Assembly: GCA_048128005.1 (NCBI GenBank)
Contig: JBEUKZ010000135.1
Coordinates: 62,001 to 126,000 of the forward strand
Direction of reading: 5' to 3'
Length of the DNA stretch: 64,000 nucleotides
Origin: Veleropilina oligotropha
Lineage: Eukaryota
The notes beneath the pieces are model-generated. The model saw only the letters and a program-made list of their open reading frames with translations. It was not told where the DNA came from and made no database searches. The position numbers were made by a program, and so were the translations under genes. This document shows positions 39,134 through 48,354 of this stretch, piece by piece. Every line of letters begins with the position of its first letter. The first letter of the stretch is position 1.

Positions 39134-41441
39134 GCGACTTAAAACACAGACAAAATCCCATTATGCGCCCTTTCGGGATACAATAGGTTGTTAACAATGA
39201 CGAGGAGCGTAATTAATTTCGTGCCAATTGTGCCTTCACGGATAATTTATGTAAAATCTGACCCGAAATGGACGATTCGCACGGTTATAACTTATACCAT
39301 CACAGTGGTCATTTGACCACTAATATGGGAGCTATCTGTTTCATTTATCACGTTTTAATCAGTTGAAACACAAACAGCATTGCGTTCAGATGTGAAAATG
39401 TCGCTTATGGATTTACTATTAGGACTTTGAACAAGAGTTATAAGTCATACGAGGGATCTTTAAATACGTGAAACAAGTTATTGCAACAGTTCGATGGAAA
39501 TATACAAATTATCCGTTAAAGATGTCAATTCATCTGGATTTTACCAATTTGGAGTTACATTACCGTCTACGGGATGATATTTCACCTTCTGTTCGCAATA
39601 AGAAGCGCTTTCGACGACACAATGGAAATGTGCATTTTCCAAGTGAATGTGATATATCATTTACAGCTGGATGCCAGCATTCTGAAATTACTTTACGGCA
39701 TTGTATTTCATCATCTGCTTGTACAACGTGCTTACGACAATACAATTACTTTGGAAATCTATTAAATATGCGCTTCGTAATAGATGTTTCTAAAGCGGAG
39801 AAATGACCATCTTGTTATTTCGGCTTGATTTTATATTCTGGATTAACTGCACGGAATTGATATCTGGTTGTATAGAGACGTACGGCTCTTGATAGCGATT
39901 AAGGCTACTGATGATTACGTAACTGCTGTCCAGCGATGTTCCTTTACAACCCGCTCCAGATTTCACGTCCTATTGTTCACCTAACAAAGGAAATATAACT
40001 CTCCATTCCTGAAAAGTAATGGAGAGTTCAAACAAAAGAAAAACATGGCGGATGTGTTTTAATATAGTGTCAATGACCGATGAGTTATATTATTGTTTCC
40101 GACTGCGATGAAACTGAAAGTTGATAATTCTTTTAACACTGGAGACCTCGAATAGTTCTGCTATCTATAACTGACCCACTAAATTTTTATTTCCAATAAC
40201 ACTACTTTTCAAAGATAGCACTACATTTGTGATTAAATTTGTGTTTCCAGTTACATGCACTCTTCATTGTTGCTTCTTCAGCAGACCACTCGATACTCTA
40301 TGATCTCGAGTGCTGACTCACTGGCTCAATTGCATTAAAGGACTTGTGAACACATAATAGATTCTGGCAGATAATAATGCTGTCGTACATTTATTTATTA
40401 TGTTATTAGTAGCGCCATGAATTAAATTATCAAAATATGGATACAGAAAGTCCTTAGCAAGTCACCCCGAAATCTCCCGAACACTTATTAGGTGACGACA
40501 CACCTGGCTCACGTCAGTCCTAAGTGCTATTGTTTCTGTTGAGTAACCAATTAGCGGACAATGATGTTGCCATCGAATTGAAAAGATTCCGAGCGGCCTG
40601 TCTATCTGTGACGTCAAATTCGACCCCTGACCTTAAAATATGATTATTCTAGAGGCTGATTGTTATTTCGCAATGTCAGCTTGCAACAAACACGGACACT
40701 CGTGAAAGAAAAACACAACAAATAATATGATAGGAATATGCCGTATAGTCAAATCTCGCCTATTGGGTCACAAGTCCTTTAACTAACTGGAGTGGATTCC
40801 AATCTTGATTGAGACAATGGCATTCCTTTTTTCAGTTACCAATCGCAGAACTTTGTCCGTAATTAAGGCGGGTTTCCCCTGGTGACCGGGGTTTCCTCTC
40901 GTGATAATTGTAATGGAATGTCCTGGTTTGAACCTGGGGTTGTAAATAATATACAGGACATCAATCCAATCCAATGCTTCTCCAACAACTAACATGTAAT
41001 TAACATTTACAAGATAATTGTGAATTGATTACATAGTATCAAGTATAATGTGATGAAGTACCTAACAGTACAAGTATCAATTAGGTTAACAATTATTTAT
41101 GTGTGTCTAGATAGAACAGAGAGCAAATTTATATCTACCTCAGAAACACTAAGCTAATTATAATTGGAGATTTCACATTAAATGGACTATTGCCTGTAAA
41201 TGCGCTCTTTTCTTAACAAAAAAGAAAACTAAACGAATTGCACTTTTTGTTTATATATAGCATAAAAAGTTGGGAATTTTCAGCACTCAAATTTTGTCAG
41301 TTATTTTCTACTGTTTAAATTAATCGCTAATGAATATTAAAATATAATTTAAATTACCTCTCACCGAGTGACATTTTGAATTGACCTAGTTGGAGTAAAG
41401 TGTGTCTAGCAGTCACTCGTCAAGTAAGATTTATTTCTATT

Positions 41442-41760
41442 AGCAGCAGGGGGGGTGACCATACCTTTTATCTGGGGGCGCGGCGAGGGAAATTAAGGCT
41501 CCCAGCACCTTTTCAGAATTAATATGGATCTCAACTCAGCAGCAGGGGGGGTGAGTAGACTTTTTAGAATGGGAAAATAAGGCTCCCAGCACCCGTTCCG
41601 AGCCTAGGGTAGCTTAGAGTAGGGATGAATGCACCTTTTCCGACCCAACGTAGACTATATAGAGCCCCCAGGGACGGCCCACTACCCTCGCCGGCCCGGG
41701 CTCCTCAGTTATGCGAGCAGTAGCAGGGGGGGGTGATTGGACTTTTTAGAATGGCAAAAT
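41442..41760 (+). repeat. Three direct repeats AG(C/T)AGCAG(G)7-8TGA...CTTTT at the left end of the element
   Basis: Copies start at 41442, 41538 and 41716; the first two also share AAGGCTCCCAGCACC and the last two share GACTTTTTAGAATGG. Confidence 0.85.
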
Positions 41761-41786
41761 AGCAGCCCGGCGAAGGCTACAGGACA

Positions 41787-41975
41787 TCACTGAGGGCCCG
41801 CCAGCGTTTGATTTCGTACAACTCCCTTTCTACCGTCTTTGGTCTTCTTCTTATATATCGCTTGTTCACCATCGTCGAGTACAACGATCAAAACGTTATA
41901 GCCCCGGTTTAAGAGGTTTTTAACGCGCCTGAAGCTCCGTTCGCTGTACAGCGTAGGAATGTCTTCCTGCGGCAT
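41787..41975 (-). CDS. Small basic hypothetical protein (62 aa) of the element
   Basis: ATG-initiated ORF, divergent from 42104; protein-like composition (hydrophobic strand VLIVVL, Lys-rich tail); no recognised motif. Confidence 0.4.
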   Translation of the reverse strand: MPQEDIPTLYSERSFRRVKNLLNRGYNVLIVVLDDGEQAIYKKKTKDGRKGVVRNQTLAGPQ

Positions 41976-42103
41976 GTTGCTTTCAAGTATAACTACACAA
42001 CGTCTAACATGCCGGTTATTTCTCGCCGTGCACCGGGCTCTCTTTTAGACATACCCATTGTGGGGGATATACCCATTAGGATATACCCGCTGCAAAGGAT
42101 ACA

Positions 42104-42379
42104 ATGAAGGGCACGGACACCTGTCAATGGCTTACCATCAGCTCCACGGAGTTATGCGGTAAGCGTTGCCTGAAAGAGTTTTGCAAAGTCCACCTGATTC
42201 GGCTCCGGAAGCAAGGCCGGGGAACAAAGCCCTGCATCAAATGCGGCAAAGGGGTTTTCAACCGGTTTACGTTGTGCCGGGGTTGTGGGTATCGGAATGA
42301 GGACGTTAAGGACTGGGGACGAAAGAAAAGGGCCTTCGAGAGAGAGTTTCTCCGCATGGCTGCAATTTGCCACACGTAA
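42104..42379 (+). CDS. Small Cys/His zinc-finger protein (91 aa)
   Basis: C-x10-C-x3-C-x4-C-x2-H followed by CxxC-x10-CxxC; ATG start; lies directly upstream of and codirectional with the large ORF. Confidence 0.7.
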   Translation: MKGTDTCQWLTISSTELCGKRCLKEFCKVHLIRLRKQGRGTKPCIKCGKGVFNRFTLCRGCGYRNEDVKDWGRKKRAFEREFLRMAAICHT

Positions 42380-42430
42380 ATTTCCTATTAGAGGAATGCT
42401 TGGCGTAGTGTATGCCCGTCATATATCAAG

Positions 42431-45400
42431 ATGGAACGCGTCTCCCTCAGAGAACTACGCAAGCTAGCGAAAGATTACGGGCTTCCTGGGAGGTCGAAGC
42501 TCAAGGAAAGCGACCTCATCAGGGCAATAGCCGGGGTCCGTGCTGCGGAGTTTCGGAAGAGACTCGAGCGGGCGATGAAGACGGGAAGATTCCCCTCCAT
42601 TCGTGGAGATGTGGAGAACCCCCACAAAAGAGGCCGACGTGCTCGCGAGTTGCGGCAGATTAAGGACGAGGTCGACGCCGCCCTGCAGGCTCGTAAATAC
42701 GAATCCCAGGCTGAGAAAAATCCCAGGATTCGACTGAAGCCACTTCGCGCCATCACGGATCGAATCGTCAAGCGGTCTCGGAAAGAGACCCTTGCCCATG
42801 CTATTGCTCGGAAGGGGCCCGATCTTCTCATCTCCAAAACGCCCCGGACAGCCCAGGACTACCAGAAGGATCTTCTAGGGCAATTTACCACACCCGAGGG
42901 ACAACGATTCATCGACCTGGATGACCAGGTCCCTCCCCCAGTAAGGCTCCCAGCAAAAGAGCCATGGGTGGAACTCTTGAGCGATGCCAAAGACGAGTTT
43001 GAGGTCGATGGCGCCGCGGCGGCTTTCTCCACATGGAGGGTAGAAGTGGACATTAAGATCGCACCGGCCCTGGATGCCCGTATGACAGATGCAAGGGCGG
43101 CACAGCTCCTCACAGCCCTTCCAAAGGGCGAGTATGTCCTTAGAATAAAGTTCTTGCGTGAGTGGAGTGAGGGCGACTGGGTGGTCGAAGACAAGTTTGA
43201 CCCGGTGAAAGCTGCGAGAAAGAAGGGCCAGGGTGTCTTTGAGATCTCTCAGGACACTAAGCCGGGTGCTATCACCGGGGTCGACAAGGTCTACTACGAG
43301 AATGCCTACCCGGTCACTGCAGTCGTCTACGGCGTCTATCCTCTCAGAGAACCAAACCCCGCCAACCTGGTTCCGATGAAGAACGGCGACCTCAACTGCG
43401 TTGCCCAACGAGTGGTTGAGCACTTCGAAGGTGCCCTTAGAGGACACGGACTCACCCCGACAAGGCGGCAGAAAATACTGGAGTGGGAAGAGCGAGTCCA
43501 TGTAACAGGCGCCACTGTGGATGATATATCCATCCTCGAGAAGATACTGAAGCGGGCGATTGTCTTGAGAGACATCGCCGGCGAGGACGTCTTCAACAGC
43601 GGAAAATACCAGGCCAGTATGTGGAAGTCCATAGAACTCATCTGTCACAACGGCCACGCATGGTCGAAGGACCTACACTTCCCGCAAAGTAGAGAGGTCC
43701 ACCTGTATGAGGGCGATGTCTGGGAAGCTATTCGACAAGCCACACAGAACGAGCCATTGGCTGTCTGGCTCCTAGGCGGTACAGACCGACAGCTCAACGT
43801 GAACCAGTTCGTGCTTCAGGACGGCCGCACGTACAGGACAAAAGATGATCACGAGAGACTCCAAGAAGCCTGTACAGCGCTGGGGAATGAGTCCCTAGCC
43901 GATCGAGCCTTTGGCGTGAACCATGCAGCTAGCATTATGGCCAAAGAGACCAACGGCTGGAAACCGACCCCAGCGGGCCTGCTCGATGACATCCAGAAGG
44001 CCTGTGTAGAGCATGGCCACGGCAGCCTGTGGAATTCCATGAATTACGACACGGGCGATGTCTGCTGCATCGATATGAAATCCTGCTACCCTGCAAGCTT
44101 TCTGGGGAAGGGCGAGGCTAAGCCCTATTTCGAAAGATTCGGACACCCACTCCACAGCATGACCCGGGTCGCAATTAACGGTCCTCTACCCCAAGATATC
44201 GGGACCGGGTTTGCTGAGGTCGTGGAATGGGAGTTCGCACAAGACATCCACCCCGTCATTGTAGCATGGTTCGGAAAGCACTTTGCAGAGAATGGATGGG
44301 CACCAACCCCGCTGCTCGCATTCCTCGTAGAATCTGGACTCCTAAAAAGCCTCAAGATCCGAGAATCCATTATCGCGTTCAAAAACCAGACCGATGTCTG
44401 GCTTCCGGAGAATCGTGACCAGGGCTGCAGCATTATCGGCAAATTCACCCAAGGCGCCAAAGCCGATGGCAAAAGATTGACTCGTAGACTGGTGACCGAC
44501 CAGGGTGAGCTCGACTTCCTCGTAAGAGACACCCGCCAAAGCGGCACCCTGGTTGGCGCTCCTCAGAGATGCCCCCTCGGTCACATCCTCACGTACTATG
44601 ATGGCTCCCAGCCTCAGTACGCCCACCTGAGGGCATCCATGTTGGCCTATGCACACATAAACCTCTTGAGCATGCTGAAGCGTTTCAGTGCAGCAGAAGC
44701 CGTCCGGGTAGCCACGGACAGCATCTACCTCAAGAAGGCCTCGTTGGAGAAGCTCGACGATGTCACGGTGTACGTTGCCCCCAGACTCTGCGGCTGTGGC
44801 GAGAAATCGTGCATCTCATGTCTGATCGCGGAGCCGTACCTTCCGCCAGTAGCACCAGCCCAGTGGCGTGACAAGGGCGAACAGCTGTATATGCCACAGG
44901 AACATGCCGCATACCTACCCAAGCCAGAGTATTGTTGTGCCGCCAATTCCAGCCAGCCGAGCACCGCGCCATGCTACAATGACACACTGACCCACCATCG
45001 GCTGAGTTACCTCAACGGTGGAGGGGGCTGTGGCAAGACTACGAGAGCGATCGAGCTCTTTCGGGCAAGGAATCCCGTCGTGTTCACACCAACCCACCGC
45101 CTCGCTAAAGAGATGCGGACCAGAGGCGTCAAAGCCCAGACCTACCACAGCTTCTTCCGATGGAGCGGCCAGAACGACTGGACGCCTGATCGCATGGGTC
45201 AGAAGTTCATCCCGCGCGTCATTATCTGGGACGAGGTCTGTACTGTTCCCCGGCACATCCTAGAGATGTTCTTGGACTGGCTGGGCCGCCACGAAGTGCA
45301 GGTTATCTGCTGTGGTGATCAAGGCCAGCCACCACCGATTACGGGCGAGATGCCGCACGATTGGCTGCGAAAGACCGCGGACTACTATGAAGAGATCGAA

Positions 45401-46294
45401 GTAGACTACAGGGCGAAAGACGACCCTGCCCTCCAAGCCCTGAAAAGACGTATCCGTCTCCAGCCCGACAAAGTCCAGTGCGACGAGATGCGACGGACCC
45501 GCCCCAGCTGCCTCGGATGGGACCGGTTCGTCAACACCTGGAAGCCAGGCGACCTAATCCTCACAAGCCGTCAGAAGGTCCGCGAACGGGCTCAAGAGCT
45601 GTTGCTCCAGAGGCACAAGGAGCACTTCCCAGACTCCATGGTGCCTATCCTGTACCACCCCAGGGACAGCAGAAAACAGAACATCATGGTAACCATTCCG
45701 GGCACCAGCGACAGAGAGGAGCTAGTTCTGAACGACGTCGTCGAGGTCACCATTGAGGCCGCTGAGCGGGCTATCCTGACCCCGGATTGGCGCCTGGGCT
45801 ATGCTCTCACCATCCATTCGAGCCAGGGTCTTACGATTCACGACCCACAGAAAGTCTGGATCATCGACGACTACCTTCAGTGGAGTAATCTCGCCTACCT
45901 AGCCGTGTCCCGGGTGGAGCTGCTGCGTCAGCTCGAACGGGTAACCTGTCCACCGGATAAGGGTTCTGAGGACAGGCCCCCCCAAGCGCCCCAAACCGAG
46001 CAACAGCTCCGAAAGACCATCCAGAAAAAGCTTGTGGCGTACAAACGCCAGGACCAGGCAACGGGACTCCCGGGGTTTAACCTCAAGGTCGACGACATCC
46101 TGCGGCTCAGAGAGGCCCAAAACAACCGCTGCGCAGCATGCAACATAGAGCTGCTCTGGGCATATTCCCCGAAGGACACACAGCAGTTCAGTGTCGACCG
46201 TGTCGACAACAGCAGGGGCCACACCCGCGACAACGTGCGCTTAACGTGTCTGGAATGTAACCGGAAACGAGGATTTGCGGTTGTTAACGCCTGA
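42431..46294 (+). CDS. 1287-aa fusion: Rho_N/HeH-like N-terminus, divergent family-B DNA polymerase, SF1 (RecD/Pif1-like) helicase, HNH-like nuclease
   Basis: LRELRKLAKDYGLPGRSKLKESDLI. PolB-like motifs: A DMKSCYP (aa 548), B SIIGKF, C ATDSIY (D763). Helicase: Walker A GGGGCGKT (K869), PTHRLA, TYHSFF, Walker B IIWDE (D934), GDQGQPPP, YR, TIHSSQGLT, YLAVSR. C-terminus: CAAC...SVDRVDNSRGHTRDNVRLTCLECN. Confidence 0.9.
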   Translation: MERVSLRELRKLAKDYGLPGRSKLKESDLIRAIAGVRAAEFRKRLERAMKTGRFPSIRGDVENPHKRGRRARELRQIKDEVDAALQARKYESQAEKNPRIRLKPLRAITDRIVKRSRKETLAHAIARKGPDLLISKTPRTAQDYQKDLLGQFTTPEGQRFIDLDDQVPPPVRLPAKEPWVELLSDAKDEFEVDGAAAAFSTWRVEVDIKIAPALDARMTDARAAQLLTALPKGEYVLRIKFLREWSEGDWVVEDKFDPVKAARKKGQGVFEISQDTKPGAITGVDKVYYENAYPVTAVVYGVYPLREPNPANLVPMKNGDLNCVAQRVVEHFEGALRGHGLTPTRRQKILEWEERVHVTGATVDDISILEKILKRAIVLRDIAGEDVFNSGKYQASMWKSIELICHNGHAWSKDLHFPQSREVHLYEGDVWEAIRQATQNEPLAVWLLGGTDRQLNVNQFVLQDGRTYRTKDDHERLQEACTALGNESLADRAFGVNHAASIMAKETNGWKPTPAGLLDDIQKACVEHGHGSLWNSMNYDTGDVCCIDMKSCYPASFLGKGEAKPYFERFGHPLHSMTRVAINGPLPQDIGTGFAEVVEWEFAQDIHPVIVAWFGKHFAENGWAPTPLLAFLVESGLLKSLKIRESIIAFKNQTDVWLPENRDQGCSIIGKFTQGAKADGKRLTRRLVTDQGELDFLVRDTRQSGTLVGAPQRCPLGHILTYYDGSQPQYAHLRASMLAYAHINLLSMLKRFSAAEAVRVATDSIYLKKASLEKLDDVTVYVAPRLCGCGEKSCISCLIAEPYLPPVAPAQWRDKGEQLYMPQEHAAYLPKPEYCCAANSSQPSTAPCYNDTLTHHRLSYLNGGGGCGKTTRAIELFRARNPVVFTPTHRLAKEMRTRGVKAQTYHSFFRWSGQNDWTPDRMGQKFIPRVIIWDEVCTVPRHILEMFLDWLGRHEVQVICCGDQGQPPPITGEMPHDWLRKTADYYEEIEVDYRAKDDPALQALKRRIRLQPDKVQCDEMRRTRPSCLGWDRFVNTWKPGDLILTSRQKVRERAQELLLQRHKEHFPDSMVPILYHPRDSRKQNIMVTIPGTSDREELVLNDVVEVTIEAAERAILTPDWRLGYALTIHSSQGLTIHDPQKVWIIDDYLQWSNLAYLAVSRVELLRQLERVTCPPDKGSEDRPPQAPQTEQQLRKTIQKKLVAYKRQDQATGLPGFNLKVDDILRLREAQNNRCAACNIELLWAYSPKDTQQFSVDRVDNSRGHTRDNVRLTCLECNRKRGFAVVNA

Positions 46295-47282
46295 GAACCG
46301 GCGGCAGCTGGGTATCACGAGGCACCACGAGAAGTTCCTCACGAACGAAGCCACGCGGTGGTCCATCCAGCAAGTAGTAGAGCACAGGCTCGTCAGGCTT
46401 AGTGACGGAGCGTCCAAGCCTGTAAACTTTTAGAGACCACACCGGGTCAGTAGCACGGCGATGACCCCCCTCCAGCTCACCATCGTAGTAAAGGTAGCGA
46501 ACATCTACGTCAGAGGGGAGTTTCTGTTCCTTCCCCTGTCGGCCTGGAACAGTGGCGCCTGGCTTTTGGGCAACGCGAGGTGCCTTGATGGCGTCCTTGG
46601 GCTTTTTACCGGTCAGCCTGGTCACTTCCCCATTCAAGGCCGCAACTACAGCTGCTAACCGGGCGACCCACTCAGTTGACCTTTGACCCTCTTTCGCAGA
46701 CTCTGCAAACCGCATCTCTGTTGCATACTGGTGCCCGAAGAGCCGCTCAGCGAGCGTCCGGTTGAAGCGCTCCACAATGCCCTGATCGCGATGGATATCC
46801 ACACGGCCACGCCTAACCTCGACGTTATTCTTTGCCAGCAGCTGGGAAACCGCGCCAATAAACTCTCGCCCTGGATCGACTTGAAGCAGTTTCGGCCAGC
46901 CAAGAGGACTCCGCCTGTAGATTCGGGCTAGTGCTTCAGCAACCCCTTTGGCCTCTTTTGTGACCAGAGGCTCAGCCTCTTTAAAGCGACTGGCCACATC
47001 AACCACAGTCAAAGCGTACTTATAGGTCTTGTGTCTGACCTTGTCATGGGGGAGAAACAGGAGGTCGGCTTGGTGAACCTCGTTTGGCGTTACGACGTCG
47101 AATTTTGGTCTTGGAATCCGCCGTGGCGCAGGTAAATAGATCTGCCATATAGCCTGCCTCTTAAGCCATGTCCGGGCCTCCACTTCAGACGCCATGGCAG
47201 CGTCAGCTAGTTTCTTTATCGCGGCAATGCCTTTCCAGTAGCCCTTAGGGCTGTAGTACATCCTCGCAAGCTTACTATCCAT
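46284..47282 (-). CDS. Polinton-type retroviral-like (rve) DDE integrase
   Basis: DDE triad HQADL / LQVDPGREF / VERFNRTL; N-terminal YYSPKGY...WLKRQ and C-terminal RATDPVWS...YYL...FVREEL as in Polinton integrases; first ATG at 47282; no RT or gag of an LTR element nearby. Confidence 0.92.
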   Translation of the reverse strand: MDSKLARMYYSPKGYWKGIAAIKKLADAAMASEVEARTWLKRQAIWQIYLPAPRRIPRPKFDVVTPNEVHQADLLFLPHDKVRHKTYKYALTVVDVASRFKEAEPLVTKEAKGVAEALARIYRRSPLGWPKLLQVDPGREFIGAVSQLLAKNNVEVRRGRVDIHRDQGIVERFNRTLAERLFGHQYATEMRFAESAKEGQRSTEWVARLAAVVAALNGEVTRLTGKKPKDAIKAPRVAQKPGATVPGRQGKEQKLPSDVDVRYLYYDGELEGGHRRATDPVWSLKVYRLGRSVTKPDEPVLYYLLDGPPRGFVREELLVVPRDTQLPPVLRR

Positions 47283-47349
47283 CAGCAATGTATTCCAGTA
47301 AACTGATCAGTCTCCAACAGGCTTCAGCTTCCGGAGCCGGTCGCTGCAC

Positions 47350-48354
47350 TGCACTGCACTGCATCCCTGCAGGTCCCTGGATCTAATAACTCCCTTGGAG
47401 CTGTTCAAAGACCGATGCGGTCTGATTACTACAGGAATATTAACAAATGTATTAGTTCTAAGAAGGTTTTCCGCATGGCTCTTTCTGGCGCATTCAACCA
47501 GTAGTGTGCCATCTCGTAGTTTTTTAACGGATCGTGGTTGGCCAGCCAGGCTGAGAATGGCCTTGGATATGGCGAACGGACTCAGAGAAGTGATTGGAGT
47601 GTTGGAATTGCACGATTCCACAGTTAAAAAACGGGGCCAGCTTTCCGGTACGACTGGTGGAGGGTCAGGTCTATAAGGAGCATCTAGCTCAGGATCAAAA
47701 GGTGTAGACCGGAAAGCGGCCAAAAATTTAGCGTCATCATCATCAGAAACAGAGTCGACGGATATATTCCGTCGCTTTGCTGCTGTATGGTTTCGGCGTT
47801 TAAGAGGGTGTGGAGTTGCCATATTTTGTGTATTAAGTTTCATCACCCGAGGTCCCCGCCCACCCCGGAGCCCAACAAGGGGGCATTTTAATGGGTGCGC
47901 AGTTCCAGCACCCAATGCCAGGGATACCCGGGTGATATACTCAAATAAGATAATGAATGTAGTGGTAGGAAATGTGTATCCCACCATCCATTACTCACTT
48001 GATTGACCCTTCAGCTACCGCCTTCTGGGATATAGATCGATTGATGGTATATGATCTGTTACATAAAATGTTTTGATTAAAATGTATAAATGTAATATTA
48101 TTAAAATATATTATCCCAGGGCTTGACGTGACAAGCCGATTGATCAGACAGGGCCTATCTGACCTCCCGTCTAGCTGAATCCGAGGCCAAAGTAGTGTGT
48201 TGCTTCAGCCTAGGCCGAAGCTCAACTACCAGGATCCTCTTCTCCAACATCACGGGTCGCCACCCACGGCAAACAGGTGGCTCCCATTTGGGGGGATCTT
48301 ACCCCTCTGCAGGGAGAGCAGTCGGCATATTCTAACCCCTAACCGACTGGGGGT
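47350..48354 (-). mobile_element. 5' end of an I-group LINE (5' UTR plus N-terminal half of ORF1), cut on its 3' side
   Basis: WPRFLTVES...LSPFAISKAI...SVKKLRDGTLLVEC...HRSLNSSKGVIRSRDL is typical of I/Nimb-type ORF1; it breaks off at the TGCAG repeats at ~47345-47363. Confidence 0.8.

Larger units (their letters stand above)
41442..47345. mobile_element. Polinton/PLV/transpoviron-related DNA element with a PolB-SF1 helicase-HNH fusion and an rve integrase; right end missing
   Basis: Abrupt switch to GC-richer, intronless, tightly packed ORFs at AGCAGCAGGGGGGGTGA (41442); ORF content as listed in the following features. Confidence 0.85.

Noticed and set aside
42464..46233. Many antisense and alternate-frame ORFs inside the 1287-aa gene
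   Set aside because: Shadow ORFs of GC-rich coding sequence; no recognisable motifs.
42431..46294. Helitron Rep-helicase interpretation
   Set aside because: No HUH/Y2 Rep motifs seen; PolB-like motifs and a linked rve integrase point to the Polinton-related group.
46284..47282. LTR-retrotransposon or Ginger integrase
   Set aside because: No LTRs, gag, RT or HHCC zinc finger; flanking motifs are Polinton-like.
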